A stretch of DNA of 64,000 bases. Source: Takakia lepidozioides. Its lineage: Eukaryota; Plantae; Bryophyta. Shown one piece after another: positions 1 to 13,359 of this stretch. Location of the stretch: NCBI GenBank assembly GCA_030704615.1, contig CM060733.1:39556001-39620000 (forward strand), read 5' to 3'. Every line of letters starts with the position of its first letter. The first letter of the stretch is position 1. The translations under genes and the position numbers were made by a program. Under the pieces are notes generated by a model that had not been told where the DNA came from, made no database searches, and saw nothing but the letters and a program-made list of their open reading frames with translations.

Positions 1-10
1 CAGAGCTGGA

Positions 11-1105
11 GTGTCTTCTGGTATGTGGGTAAAACACCGATCTCGAGCTTGGTTTGAAGATTTTCTGCTCCAGTATAATGGGTGGTTATCAATAATGAAG
101 ATGAGCTCGGGCACTTTCAATTGGCTATGCCACACCTTGGCACCTGAAATTGAGATGCAAAACACCCATTACCGAAGGCCTCTATCCGTTCCAATGAGGG
201 TAGGGGCTGTGCTTTATAAATTGTTGTGGGCAGCCACTACAATTGAGATCTCAGAGGCGTTTGGGATTGGGAGGTCCACCTTCTATGAACTTATGCGGCA
301 AGTGGTTCCTGCCATTGTGTTGATCCTAGGTCATCACCTCCAATGGCAAGGGGGTCAAACTCTGCAAAATACATTGCTTGAAAATGAGAGGAGGACCGGG
401 ATACCCAATATCGTCGGAGCAATTGATTGTACCCATGTGAGGATTACTGCCCCTTCCACGGACATCAAGTACGACTATTTCAATAGGAAGGGGTACTATT
501 CTATGATACTACAAGGTGTTGTGGATGCGAATGCAAAGTTCGTCGATGTCTACATTGGTCAGCCAGGGAGCATGAATGACGCTCGGGTGCTCCAGATTTC
601 TCCCCTCTTCCATCCAGCTTCGGAGGGCACTCTTTTGCAGGGGCCGAGTGTTAACTTAAGTGATGGACAAGCAATGGCTCCAATCTTGGTAGGTGATTCA
701 ATCTACCCCACCCTCCCATGGCTTGTGCCTAGCTACAAGAGAGCTGCCAATGCTCCACTGCTTTCAAGAGCCAAACGAGCGTTTAACCATCAATTGTCCA
801 AAGCTAGAATCTATTCTGTGATAGCCTTTGGTCGGTTGAAAGGCACTTTCAAAGAAGTGGGTTGGAAAAGCCAGCTTGACCTGAATTTCCTTCCCCATGT
901 GATTCACGCATGTTGTATCTTGTACAATGTCCTGGTTGACTTCAAGGAGGTAGATTTTGATAGCATCTACACAGAGATGGATGCTCTCGCAGCTATTATG
1001 GAGCAGGATCAACTTGCTTACAATCATGAACCAGCCATCGACCGGAGGCTGGTGGATGGTACTGCCTTGAGGGAAAGATTGTGTCAACATGTCTTGAACA
1101 CGTGA
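11..1105 (+). CDS. PIF/Harbinger DDE nuclease (HARBI1-like, DDE_Tnp_4); frame open to the window edge, so probably 5'-incomplete
   Basis: Motifs FGIGRST, GAIDCTHVRI, YFNRKGYYS, QGVVDANAKF, PGSMNDARV, LVGDSIYP, FNHQLSKAR..AFGRLKG, ACCILYN. The usual third acidic residue (R..VE) reads RIYSV, so catalysis may be impaired. Confidence 0.92.
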   Translation: MSSGMWVKHRSRAWFEDFLLQYNGWLSIMKMSSGTFNWLCHTLAPEIEMQNTHYRRPLSVPMRVGAVLYKLLWAATTIEISEAFGIGRSTFYELMRQVVPAIVLILGHHLQWQGGQTLQNTLLENERRTGIPNIVGAIDCTHVRITAPSTDIKYDYFNRKGYYSMILQGVVDANAKFVDVYIGQPGSMNDARVLQISPLFHPASEGTLLQGPSVNLSDGQAMAPILVGDSIYPTLPWLVPSYKRAANAPLLSRAKRAFNHQLSKARIYSVIAFGRLKGTFKEVGWKSQLDLNFLPHVIHACCILYNVLVDFKEVDFDSIYTEMDALAAIMEQDQLAYNHEPAIDRRLVDGTALRERLCQHVLNT

Positions 1106-3854
1106 TCAGATATGTCTTCCCCCTTCAACTGGGCATGTGGTGTCAATTCATTGCAAACATTCGGAGCTTTATTGATGCTGCCAGGCCTAGAAGCTCTGGA
1201 CCAACACCGAGCTAGCGTGTGTGCAGCCGCAACCACAGCAGCAGCAACAGCAACAGGATGCTAAACCTCGATGAGGCTTCTGCCATTTTTTAAATCTGAA
1301 CAGACAGCACTGTTGGACACTTACTTTGTAGCGTCCTATATTTTTTGAACTTACATATTGAGCTTGTGCAAGGAGTAGGGAGTAGTACATGAGTGCATTA
1401 GCTTCTGAGAAATAGATGAGCACCTTTTTCAGGCCAAATGTGCCATCATCCTTCCACTTCCTGATATCCATAGCAGTTCAGAAGTTACAAGGGCTGGCTT
1501 TTGGTGTTGAGTTTGGAAACTGAATTTCGTTATCAGGCTCGTATAAATGCATCCCATGTCCGACAAGCTCTTGGTGTTCATGTGCCTCCCTCAGTTGTTG
1601 AGCCTCTGTTTGCCCTTGATGTTGGGGCAGAACTCTCAGCACCAGTCACAACAAGAAGCTGTAACCTTCCCAGTGACAAAGATTTGTCTTTTCCCAATTG
1701 TGCTGCAAGCAGGCTTCTGTCTGAAGCAGCAGGCAGTGCCATAGAGAACTGTCTCTCTTACAGTACAGCGAATGGACACAGTAAAGGCTTCAGATAAAAT
1801 TTGCTGGGATGTTGTACATTTGCAAAAGAGAGTGTTGGAGTCGAGAGCCATGATCTGCAGGATATGGAATGTGGCTTGAATTTTGTAAATGCCACTGGCC
1901 ACAATGGTCTGCAGGTGCCAGGTAGCACTTCTTTAGGTGGAGGGCATCGCCTTGTGCTGGAAGGACTCACCTGTTTACTACATCAGTTTTTTTAACCAAC
2001 TCAGGTCATTGAGTAGATGTGGTGGAAGTGCCCATAGCGGCAATAAATTTCATGATGTATTGACAGACGATAAGGAGAAAATCAATCCAATCCAATGCTT
2101 GGGAGACGACTGTTTGGATATAGCTAAGACACGATGGAACATGGTTACCCAGGCCTTAACCATTCCTGGGAGATTGTCTGCACAAACTGAGCATTGATGA
2201 CTTGGTAATACCTGAATCTTTGACTGCTTTGGAGGAGTTCTGGAGTATGCAAAGCGAGGCCTTGATTTCTCTTTCCTCCCTCTTCCCAGCAGGTGAGATG
2301 TAGGTTGCAGCTTGGATGAAGGTTGACTATTGTTTTTGTAATATATCTGACAGGAGGTAAAGAAGAGATTGTCTGGTGAGGTTGCAGCTGCTGCCAGCAG
2401 GGCAGGAAGGTGGGGCAACCAGATGGGTTGTGTGGCAGGTAATGGGTGCTGCCGTCGGGCAGCACAAGTGTGGCATTGCACTCGGCTTTTTGGAAGCTGT
2501 TAATGACAGAAGGCCTGACCATCCTCTCCTTCAACTGGAAATGCCCTTGGCAATATCTTTCCTCTATCCTTTGCAATTTGGGCAACTGTAGTTGAACATT
2601 CAATGATGCTTTCCACATCACCTGCTTCTAAAAAAGTGTGTTTCAAGTGAAGTATGACGAGGTTAAACAAAATGAAGGATTCTTGTAAGTAACACCACCC
2701 TAAGATGTAGGTCATAAATCATAGCAGCAAAAAAAACCTCGTTCCTTTCCAGGTAAGTATTGCAAATTTAGGCAAAGGGATACCTCGCATAAATCTGAAG
2801 CTTCCATTTCCCTTGTAGTCACAGGCTATTTTAGTGGAGGCGTATGTTTGGTGATGCAACAGAAAAGATTGTCTAGGGAGCACACCAGTAAAATGAAAGA
2901 AATGAAGGAAAAAAATTCATTACATCCATGGAATCTCAGAGAGAATGACAAGAATGAGCTATATCAGCCAAATTTAATTGGGTTTAAGGAATGGTTTGAG
3001 AGGAAACTTTCTGAATGCAACAAATGGTCACGGAGAAAGGGAGGCTGAGTGCGAGTGACAAGACACATGTGGTCATCTTTTCCAGTTACTATTATGCATT
3101 TTTTACAACAGATGCTATAGCCTGCACTCGCAGCCATGCAGAATACCAACCTTCCCCGTGCAGGTGACATCTAGTAGGGAATTTCCATAGCTACTTGTGG
3201 CTGCAAGAAAAGGCCATAGTTTGATTTTTACACAGTGTGTTGACTGTGTAGAAATCAAATTAGTCCCATTTGTAACTAGCCCTGTTTGCAGCTGCTGAGT
3301 AGGCAGTTTCGAGGATCCCTGAAGCTCAGCAGGCTCTATGCAGATTAATGGAATGTGGGAGGGAGGCTGACCTGAGCTTCCAGAATTCTCTTTACTGACG
3401 AAGCACAGCCACCACAAGATTTGCCCTGCGGCACACATACCCTCATTTGTCCACATAGAAACAAAGTACCTATATAACTTCCACAGAGGGCGGGCCCTAA
3501 GGCAGCTTGCAAGGCATGCCTGGTGCCAAAGGGGATGTAGTAATTGAACCAGAGTGACCATCAAAGAAGAGTAAATTGACAGTAGTTGCAAATACAATGA
3601 TATGCTGTACTTGCTGCACATTTGCGTGCACATCATACTGTTGTGGGTCACCACACAGCATCCACCCACCTACTTCACGCCCTATACATGGGAAAGACAT
3701 TGAGGCCACCGTAGAAGCTATCAAAATTATCGCACATGCACATAAAAAAATGAGTGCACGTGACTCAGAGTATAGTTCACTAGTTTCTTAGTACCCTTCA
3801 CAGTTTCTGCATGTCCCATTGCTTCTCACTATGATGACTTATGCTAAACTACCA

Positions 3855-5490
3855 CTAGTCCTCTTCTCGGTCATTCATCTGGCTGCCACTCCCCTTATCA
3901 GTCCGCTTGTTGGCCAGTTTCCCAAAATGCTCCACAAGCTTCCCAAAGTGTCCAATCAATACACGACAATCAACCGCATTTGCAGTCTCTACATTCAATT
4001 CGTTTTCAGCTTTCTGCAACTCAAAACGGAACATGTTATCCTCGTGTTTCTGTTGGTACGCAAACACACCCTCCTGATGTTGTAGAGCCTTCTCAAACCG
4101 AGCAGCTGCACTCTCTGCTCCAAGAATCTTTGCCATGCCCTCGCTTGCACTCTTGAAAGCATTGATCAAGTCCGTGCTTGATGTCGACTTCTTCTTTTTA
4201 CCAGTTGATTTGGGGAAGGGGGCTGGAGAGGTATTGGTGAACCGCTCTCGACTTGCAGGAGTCGGAGGAGGCCCACGAGGAGGAAGTGGAGTTTCCTCTG
4301 GCTCCCGTCGCTCTTGTGGAGTCTCCATACAGCTATCGCCAGATAGCAGCTCCTCCTCAATTAGCACCTCTTCCACGGATGGTACGACTGCCTACAAATG
4401 CCCATGGTGGAACCCACAAGAAATGAAAGAAATGTAGAATCAACAGCAGCATGTAACCAAAACTATGAGAACTTCTTACAAGAGAATCAGATGTGAAGAC
4501 TGGTCACTGAAATCCTTCCCTATCCTCTGTCTAGGGTAACCTACTAGTGGTCTTCCAGCTGTCACATTCCATTTCAGATCTGAGAAGTGCTACACAATTA
4601 GGCTGGCGCCACTCTATGGCTTATAACTTCAGGGCATTGTGCTTAATGGACGAAAATAGCACAATTTGAAATACCTATAAGATTGGACAGAGCGGATGCT
4701 GTATTGATAAGAAAATCTAGGATTTTGCACAAGAGGCCAAAACCCAGTGTATGGATGGAAAATTCAAAGAGAGGACACACAACCCACTTGTTAGTGCCAG
4801 CAAGGACCAGTGGCACAGGAACCTAAGGCCCCAAATAAAGAGCTGACAGATCAAACTGAAGGTCATCACTTCACCCGGCCATGCAGCCAGAGAACAACCA
4901 GGCAGTGCAAAAGGGAGCAAAGAGAGCCAGACAAGGTGAGAAGCTTGACTCGTCAGAAAAGGGGACTTTCCCAGGAGCAGATTTTTGAGAGACACCACAC
5001 CTGAGGGGAGAACTCTTACCATGGAATTTGCTGTCGATTTAGGTTGATTACAAGCACGCTCAGACAAAAAATCCATGTCGTCATAGAGATCCTTCAAAAA
5101 GTACTTTGGAAGCCCGGTAGCTACACGCTCCTCAGAGGAGAGCTTCCAATAATCCTGAGTCCCAGCTGAGTGTAGTTGATGATCTTTTATCTGTCGGTAC
5201 AACTTGAGAAGGAGATTCCATTTGCATAGGCAAGAGGGGCCATCTCGCCCACAAACACCTTTGCTGACCAAGAATTGTACGATCTTTTCCCACGTCTCCT
5301 TGTCAGCAACCATATTCCCTCGTGGATGCTTAGCTTTCCAGATTTCCCACTCCATCCTCTTTGCGACAGCCAGCCAATGCATCTCTTGTTCAGTCCAATT
5401 CCCGAGCCTTGACTTTTTCTTTGGTCGGCTCTGAACTTCGGAAGGCTCCACACCGACTGGACCCGCCTCGTACGACGTTGTAGACGTCAT
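3855..5490 (-). CDS. Harbinger accessory Myb/SANT (trihelix-like) DNA-binding protein, 2 exons (5490-5020, 4391-3855), ~335 aa
   Basis: NWTEQEMHWL...WEKIVQFL...RDGPSCLCKWNLLLKLYRQIKD...YWKLSSEER..GLPKYF. GT donor at 5019 and AG acceptor at 4392 join the two ORFs in phase 0. Convergent with the nuclease gene, as in Harbingers. Confidence 0.85.
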
Positions 5491-8229
5491 GACAGCTTAA
5501 AGACAATGGGCGTAATGAGAGAGGAAGAGGGAGGATTTCTTGAGTTCATTCGCCTGCTCGTAGCTGCGCGGGGAAAAATCCCTTCACTCCGAGGGATCAT
5601 GCGCGACCATTTCAGGCAACTGCACGGGCACGCTAGCAGGCCTATTTTTCGCAGGCCTTAGCAGGGCTGCGAGCTAACAGCTAGGGCCCGTTGCGGCCCG
5701 GCCCTAAACTAGTTAGCAGCCGTTAAAAATGACGAATGACTCCGATGACATTTAAACAGCTCCTCCCACAAGTGTTAAATCCCGGTCACCTGCTAAAAAT
5801 CGGAAGCTTGAGCTTGCGATTCATCCCGCCCCTGCGCGCAACAAGGCAAGTAGGTGGCCAGCTTCAGCTCTGTTTCCCCCACTTGTCTCTCCCCTTCTCC
5901 CTCCCTGCCTTCTCTCTCAATCCCTCTCATTCTCTTCTTGTTGCTTTCTTGTTTTCTTTTCTCTTTTATTTAGTTGTTTGAGTGTTCACGGGTGGGTGGC
6001 TGCCCGGCAGGGCCATTGCAGCAAATAAAGCATGCAGGGTGATCTGAGAGCTGTCCCTTTTCACAAGTTTTAGGTTTTCACTGTATGTACTGGAACATGA
6101 TGACTACATGTGAAAGTTGCTCTTTTTGTTAAAGACACAACCCTGAGATGTGAGTTCAGGTCTCAGGTGCAGGTATTAAATCTTGAGCAGATCGTGTTGC
6201 AAGCTTGTGGCATTGTCTATTTGAGATTGATATATTGGTTTGATGAGCATTCGGTTGCCATGGGGTTAGTATTCTCAAAGCAGGATTGTTGATGCAGAGG
6301 AATAATGAGCAGGGCTGGATGGAGGGGGGTTTGGTGCTACAATGCCTTGGTTGCATTATTGTGTTCATGTCGGCGGTTTAATATGTTCACGGGCTAAATT
6401 TCCCGGCTACAAGCCATTCCACATTTGCAGATTTAAGTTGTGATTACCATTACCTGTAGGGATTAAAGCACACATCAGCTGCATAACACATTTGAGATGA
6501 GCAGTTTCCTTTAGAGTTCTCATCTCACCAATCAATACCTTAAAAGAGGGCAAATGTGATTAAGAATCTCTTGTTATTATTTGTCCTCGACTTCCGTGTT
6601 TCTTCTGTCAGTCGCCAGAAGGCACAAAGAGGAAAGCCTGCAAGCCTGCAAATGTGCCAGCCCCTGTTACAAAACCATCCAGGAATCAATTACTTGTCTT
6701 TGCTCCTTTCCAATGCCGTCACAAGGACATGTTCCAGGAATATTGTGGTTGGCTAAGTTATTTCTGACCCACTACAAGCACATGCTTCCATGCTCGCCCT
6801 CTCTCTGATTTTGACTTTCAACTTTCCACTGCCAATTTCCTTGCAATTGAGGATGTGAGAATATCACCTTGGACCCATATTTCGATGTACAAATGATGAA
6901 CCAATCTGGAATACTTCCAAACATGAGGCTGGAGGCCTTCATGCCTCAACCAAGATCAATGAACACCCACCTCACCCCCAGACACATGCACCACAAAAAT
7001 AGTTACAAACCTGTAACAGTCTCACGGAAAATACAGCATTCCAGATTAAGGCTAAGCCTAGATTACAAATAACCCAACCAACCTGCTCAATAACCTGAGG
7101 CTTACCCACCATCCATCCAACTCACCAATCATGATTGCCAATTTCACTTCCAAGGGTTGTGGCTTGCATATCCACCAAAAACTTACTAAGTTTGAATTGA
7201 GTTCCAGGAGAGTGGCATGTGTTGTGGTAGAGTGATCTGACACACATTCCAAGACTCCCCAGTTCCAGCTTGGAGAAGTCAATCCTCTCAAGCATCCCCT
7301 TTCTGTGAAATTGTTCAGTTTCCAGAGTGTTGATCACAGTAAACTCCGATCAGCACCCACTAAAAGGTTTTGGACAGCTCGGCCCTCCTGTAATCTCTCA
7401 TATTATAAAGGCTTCCCACAATCATTGCTGACCATGGTCTTCATGCAAGGTCACTCAGCTTGAACAACCGCACTAAAATTATGCCCTGGCAACCTACAAT
7501 TATTATGCAAGAGCACATAATTCCAATGCAAAAGATTGTGAGTCTCTCTGGGCACATCCTTGATTTCAGGAGTAAGAAAAAGCCCTCAACCTGTCACCTG
7601 CACAGATTCCGCGAGGGGGGAAAAGGTGTTGTTTACCTTCCAAAATCGACCATGCAGTGTCCACCAGCTTTATCGTTTAGAAAGTCAGACTGAATTGACA
7701 AAGCCAATAACAAATGTGACTGATATACATCTTGATCTAAAACCATTGCACAAATGTATACTCTGTGCAACAAATTAAGACATCTCCCACAAGAGGTATG
7801 AACTCAGAAAACAGTATTACTGACACTAGCGCTTCCACAAAATAACATTGGGACGACATAGATTGGAGTGTCGTGACATCACAAGGAAGCAAACCATCAA
7901 CTAGGAAATCATTACATGTAAAACGAGATTCACTGTTGATTCACTCTACTTCATGTATGGTACACTGCACGGGGTGTCTCAATGCACCCCACTACAATTA
8001 CAATAATTAAATTACAGAGACCTCCTAGAGGCGGACTGGCATGCTCATCTCTCCCTGATACTAAAGCCTTGGCCCTTGGAAGGCCCATACCTCTGATTTT
8101 GACCGATTGGCTTCATGTTGCTTCCCTGCAGAAGCTACCCAGGAGTCCGCTGTTTCACGGTAGAACACTTACAGAGTAATGTATCTAAGAATGTAGTTTC
8201 CCAAATGAAAAAGGCCTGATAAAGACAAG

Positions 8230-9735
8230 TCAGGCAGGGAGAGCAGACTGGGAGAGCTCTTTCCTCAGCTTGCGACTGAAGGGCAGGCAAGCATCCACAC
8301 TGAGGTCAACAGCAGCCGCCAGAGCCATGAAAACAGCAGCATCTTCGACACAAGCTACGTGGCGCATGGCCAGCTGCACTAGTGGTTTACTGTACTTGTG
8401 CTCCCCCCGAACTGCACAACTCATAACAAACCCTCCCACTACAGGTAATCCCAAGTTAAATGAGAACTCGCCACTACCTTTGGGACTATCCCTTCTGGGG
8501 CTCTCAACCGGGGAAGTGGGTGGGGACACCTCAGGTCTAACACAGCCTGTATCGATCGAGAACTCACCACCCTTTTGGGCACTCAATAGAGTCTCCGCCA
8601 TCAAAAAGCCAGATCCTACACCTGTTACCCCTCCCCCTCCAGCCATGAGCTGGAAGCGGCAGCCCAAACTCTTCCCGCCGCGCTCTCTCCAAGCCTCCAG
8701 CCGGCCCCAGGGTATCCAGTTGTCCATGCCAGGAGGCTCAGGCCGCAAGATGAGCCAGGCTCCTGGATTAGAGCGACTGACATGGTCAGAGCCTGCTAAA
8801 GGCACGAATGGTGTCACCATAGATGCGGCCGCCACTGGAGAACCGGACAAGTCATGAATCATGACTAGCCAGCCTTTCCTCTCTTTCCTCTCCTTGTCCT
8901 TCTCCCCTGTTGAAGAACTTGACCATCCATTCGTACAACACATATCACTTTGACCCACCCTGCGCGATCATCAAGGAACGCAAGTTCAATAACAATGTGC
9001 TCCATCCTTCCGAATCTCCTCAACTTTTCTGATGGGACAGCCACCTAACTAAACGATGCTTGCACATGAACTAAGAGAAGCACTACAGAGCATTGAAAGA
9101 AAACAAAGCATTCGATGAGCACACATGACCAAGCCGACGACTTACCGTGATCGTGAACTTCTATCTCGACTGAACTTGCAGCTGAAGATAGGCTGCTTTG
9201 TGTTGCCACACACTTGGACAATTTGAGGGCTCAATGCTGTCTCTCCGTCGAATTGAAATTGATATCTGGGATCAGCCTCCACTTTTACACTAAGGTGTAG
9301 CTCTGCTCCCGGCCTCCCTCTCTCTGATTTCCCCTTCCCGACGCAAGTCCAACCGCTATGTAGCAGTATAGGCTTTCCCTCGGCCCATTCCAGGGTAACA
9401 GGCAATCGAAAGGTGCCAAGTTTCTGTCTTCCCGTGAAAACAACCACTTCCAGGCAAGGCGTGGCCCTGCGCATGCAAGAGGGAAGTAACAACTTCTCTA
9501 AGCAAGGCTCATCCAGGTAAAAACTGGCAACGGTGTTGTTCGCGTCAGGGTCACCAGGGGCTGTGGGAGACACTAGCGAAATAGGCACGGTTTGCACAGG
9601 AAAGTGCGGCAGCCGAATCTCACAGAAGCATGGTGATGATGCGGCGTGCACCCCCGCTCGCGATGCTTTGGCTGCAACCGGTATTCTGAGCCCCAAACCT
9701 CCCACGGCCAACCTCACAAATGCACGCGGCTCCAT
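8230..9735 (-). CDS. DUF1005 family plant protein, 2 exons (9735-9146, 8959-8230)
   Basis: MEPRAFVRL...SSPCFCEIRL, DPRYQFQFDGETALSPQIVQV, RKERKGWLVMIHDLSGSPVAAASMVTPFVP, PWGRLEAWRERG, AAAVDLSVDACLPFSRKLRKEL. Canonical GT-AG intron 9145-8960 keeps the frame. Confidence 0.93.
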
Positions 9736-11733
9736 CTCCACATAGCCTACTACCCCTGTAACACTCACCTCCCTCAACTCCTCATCACTTTCCTTTCCCC
9801 TTCCTTCCTTCCTTCCCAACCGTCAGCCAAAAACTGGCCACCCCTCAGCGCAATGTCGGCTTAGACAACAACAACTACCACTTACACTGCGACGCATTCA
9901 AGTCCTCGTACACCTTCCATGTCACCACAGCGCTATGCCACCTTTGGGATGCACTGCGTACAACTCCAGCCGTCAGTGCGTATCCCTTCGCACCACAGCA
10001 AAGCTCGCAGACAGATCTGGCACTAGTGCACAATAAACAAACCTAACAAAGCCTGTCAGCACAAAAAGCCTCACGGCTCACTATCACCCTCCCTTCAGCA
10101 ATGCCAAACGGCTCCCCGGACACTCATCAGACACACACCAGCACTCTAGCTTGGATCTGAGCGATGAGCAAGACAAGCACTCGAGCTTGGATCTGAGCGA
10201 GGCTTCGCGGTGAGCGAGACGAGCAGGCCAGCGCACAGCATGCGAGGCCGCGGCTGGCTTACCTTGCCAGCCTGGCTTCTCATTTACCACCTTTCACCTC
10301 GCCGTCTGGAACGGCTTGCCGTAGTTCGGAATTGTCATCATTGCTGGAATCTACCTTCCGAACGGCTTGCCCTAATTCGGAATTGTCATCATTGCTGTCA
10401 TCTCTGTGCAGGTTTCTCATTCCTCAGTCTCATCTCATCCATGATGAGTTGTTACATCCACAGTTACACGTGGAAAGAGATGGCTCGCGTGACGACGAGC
10501 ACGAGGTTCGTATTATTGGTAAGAAGGGTTTGTGCCCCCAGGATGAATGAATGATAGCTGTCGGAAGGAAGTGGATGGACAGAGTTTGGGGGTCAGTGGT
10601 TGCAGAAGTGCAGACAGCGATGAAGTAGAGCGCCGGCCCTGCCCCACCCATTCATCCACATTTTCTACGCCCCTTCTTACTTCTTCCCCTGCCTTTCATC
10701 CATTCACTGGACGTTAAAGAAACTTTATGCTTTATCCATACTTTTTACGCCCTTCTTACCTTTTTACATCTCATGCGAAGCAGCTTACTGGCACCGGAGC
10801 AAATCTCGGCAGCTATTCCGGCCAGGCTCACTCAGTTAAATGCATATATTTAATTCCGATATCTGAGGTGGATTTGAAAATATATCATTATGGAGCTCAG
10901 GCTATTGATGGAAAAGCAAAATAGAAACGAAAGCATCCCGGCAGCCCAGTCAAAGAGGCAACATGGGTCCTTGATAGGCGGACTTATCGTTTGTTTTTTC
11001 CTATATACTGACATGTATATATTACATAGTTGGTGGAACCGGATGATCTCAGATTTCATTCATCCTGAGATCCCTGCGTTGTCCAAATCTAAGATGCAGG
11101 TGGGGCTCCAGCTCTGCCCTGAATCTGTGCGGCCAGCAGTCCTAAGTGGTGCAAGTTGCATGAACAGCGAGGTGGGTGGGCAGGGTGTGGCCCACTGAAA
11201 CAGAGGGTGCAGGGAAGCTGTGGACAGACTGGACCCAGCCTGACCAGCCAGCCTGCTGCAGTCGCACGGATGGATGTATCTCTGCACGGATGACAGCATG
11301 CGTACATGTGTCATCCTTGATCCATCCATGATGGTGGAATGTGAAGAGAAGGGTGACATGTGATGGTAAGAATGTTGGGATGATGATGATATGTATAATT
11401 GTATTTTTTGTGTATCATGCGTGTGGCAATAATTAGTGGGTAAGGGCAGACGGATGAATTATTTGGAAGGTTGCCCAGAAGTAAGTTATTGTGGGCCGTG
11501 GCAAAAGGGCTCGCCTTTTTGCAGGGAATCTGTTTTGAGTATTTGCCACGTGGCTGGGTGGATGATCGTGGGAGTGGATGGATGAAGGAAAGATCGTCGA
11601 GAAGCCACGTTGCAATATTCCAAGAGCAGGTCTGCCATGATGACTTATGGATGTACAAGATTATGTATGTGCAAGATTGGATGAGAGAGAGTGATGAATG
11701 AGCGGTCCCAATATGGATGTGGCTTGAGCTGGC

Positions 11734-11975
11734 TACGGAAGCCCAAAAAGGCCATACTCGTATACTACCCCGGAACATGGAATATTCTTGAGCCCGGGCT
11801 TAAGATTCCAAAAGCCCGGGACAAGATTCTCTTGCCTGTGGTGTGGTTGAAGAACATGACTCATGTCTTATGTACCCTAAGTAACCCTAGTTGACCAAGG
11901 GTCTAAGTATATACCATGTATTTAACTTGTATATCTTTAAAATACAAATAACTCGTATGTACCTAGTAGTTGTAC
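11734..11975 (+). repeat. Left terminal and subterminal inverted repeat of the IS3EU-like element
   Basis: 24-bp perfect TIR, then imperfect inverted similarity to 28225-28575 (AGCCCGGG / AGAATCT motifs, catgactcatgtc, taaccctagttgacc, gtacctagta). Confidence 0.85.
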
Positions 11976-13010
11976 CTCATAGCAGGAGCACGATGGCTGG
12001 ACCTTGGAATGCCCGAGCTTTCTCCAGGCAGGTTTTGTGGAGAGTCTGAGTAAGATTTTGGTTTTCTCCATCTATTGACAGTGTTGAGTACTCAACACAG
12101 GTGACTCCAAAGACTGTTGCTGATTCGGGAGGTTGGGCATGTATGTCAACTGAAGGCATCATTGAGGTGATTTGCAATTAAAATCCAGTACCTTGCTCTT
12201 GACCAGCTTTTTATCTGGAGATGTTTCTATCCATCATCACTAGCATGCACGCTTTCTCAGTAAGATAAGGTCCTTGCAGACGAGATGGAGATGACATATT
12301 GTGGACCAAGGATCCCATGTTTTCCATCTTACCCTTGAGATTCTGGTAATTCGCCAATTGGTACTCAACATTAGTGTTTAGCCCTGATTCAGTAGTCAGC
12401 AAATCTTGTGACCCCCCCTCGCCGTGTTTATTTGACCAGCTTACTTCAGGTCAGGTAGTGCATGGGTTTTAGTTGGAGAAGGGGTCTCTCCTTTAGAGTA
12501 TGCCTACATGGGCCATCCCCTATGGATTGATGATCTCTGAATGCCTGCACTGGCTTGGATGCTCAACAATTGGGCTAAGGTATGCCCTGTTTTTCATTTC
12601 TTGCCTGCTATAAATACATCCTCCTAATCCCCAGGCCGATTTCTGGTGATCTGTCTAAAGAATGCATTGACAGGTAGGGTCCCACATCAAGATATTTTCT
12701 GGGAAGCTTGACGCTTGACTGGTTGGAGAGGTACCTTAGACACAGGTGATTCAGATGATTCAATGTGGGGGCCAGAGGTAAGACGGTCACCCAAAACTGA
12801 CTACTACGGATGGCAAACCTAGTGGTAAGCCAAGCCCCCATGTGTATGCAAGAGTGTCATGTCAGTCAGATCTGGCTTTGTGTGCAGTGATGTGAACAAA
12901 GGATATGGCATGATTAGGCATTAATGGGTCAGGTTCTTTGCATGCAGGCTTTTGATCGGCTTGTGTAAAATGAGGATGCATTGAAAAGCTGAACCCAGAC
13001 CACAGACAAG

Positions 13011-13339
13011 TACTGCACTGATTGCAGGATGTACTCATCAAGCTTGGAGTGCCCGAGCTTTCCTATAAGCTGATTGCCAGCACGCAGCAACAGTCCGAGC
13101 AGGAAGGATCATATGATACCATCTACTATGCCAGAGCAGGAAGGATCTACATAGTCTCTTTGTCCCCTTGTTTGCCAATAGCAGAGTGTGTGCCCTGGAT
13201 GCATGGCAGGTGATCAACAGCGTCAAAGAGTGGTCTCATGTACTGCACTGATTGTAGGATGTACTCATCAAGCTTGGAGTGCCTGAGCTTTCCTATATGC
13301 TGATTGTCAGCACGCAGCAACAGTGCCCGAGCAGGAAGG
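13011..13339 (+). repeat. ~97-bp direct duplication (13011-13107 / 13241-13339) of an acceptor-led exon-like unit upstream of the transposase
   Basis: tactgcactgattgYaggatgtactcatcaagcttggagtgcc...gagcaggaagg occurs twice. Confidence 0.85.
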
Positions 13340-13359
13340 TTCTCCGTTGTTAGAGTACA

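Larger units (their letters stand above)
1..5704. mobile_element. PIF/Harbinger DNA transposon (left end outside window; right end tentative)
   Basis: Nuclease plus Myb gene pair; GC-rich end ...gcggcccggccc followed by TAA at 5705-5707. Confidence 0.7.

Noticed and set aside
8270-8857. 195-aa plus-strand ORF (and similar antisense ORFs over the PPR gene)
   Set aside because: Antisense shadows of real coding exons.
10141-10400. Two short local duplications (24 bp and ~38 bp) upstream of the DUF1005 gene
   Set aside because: Ordinary small tandem duplications with no support for function.
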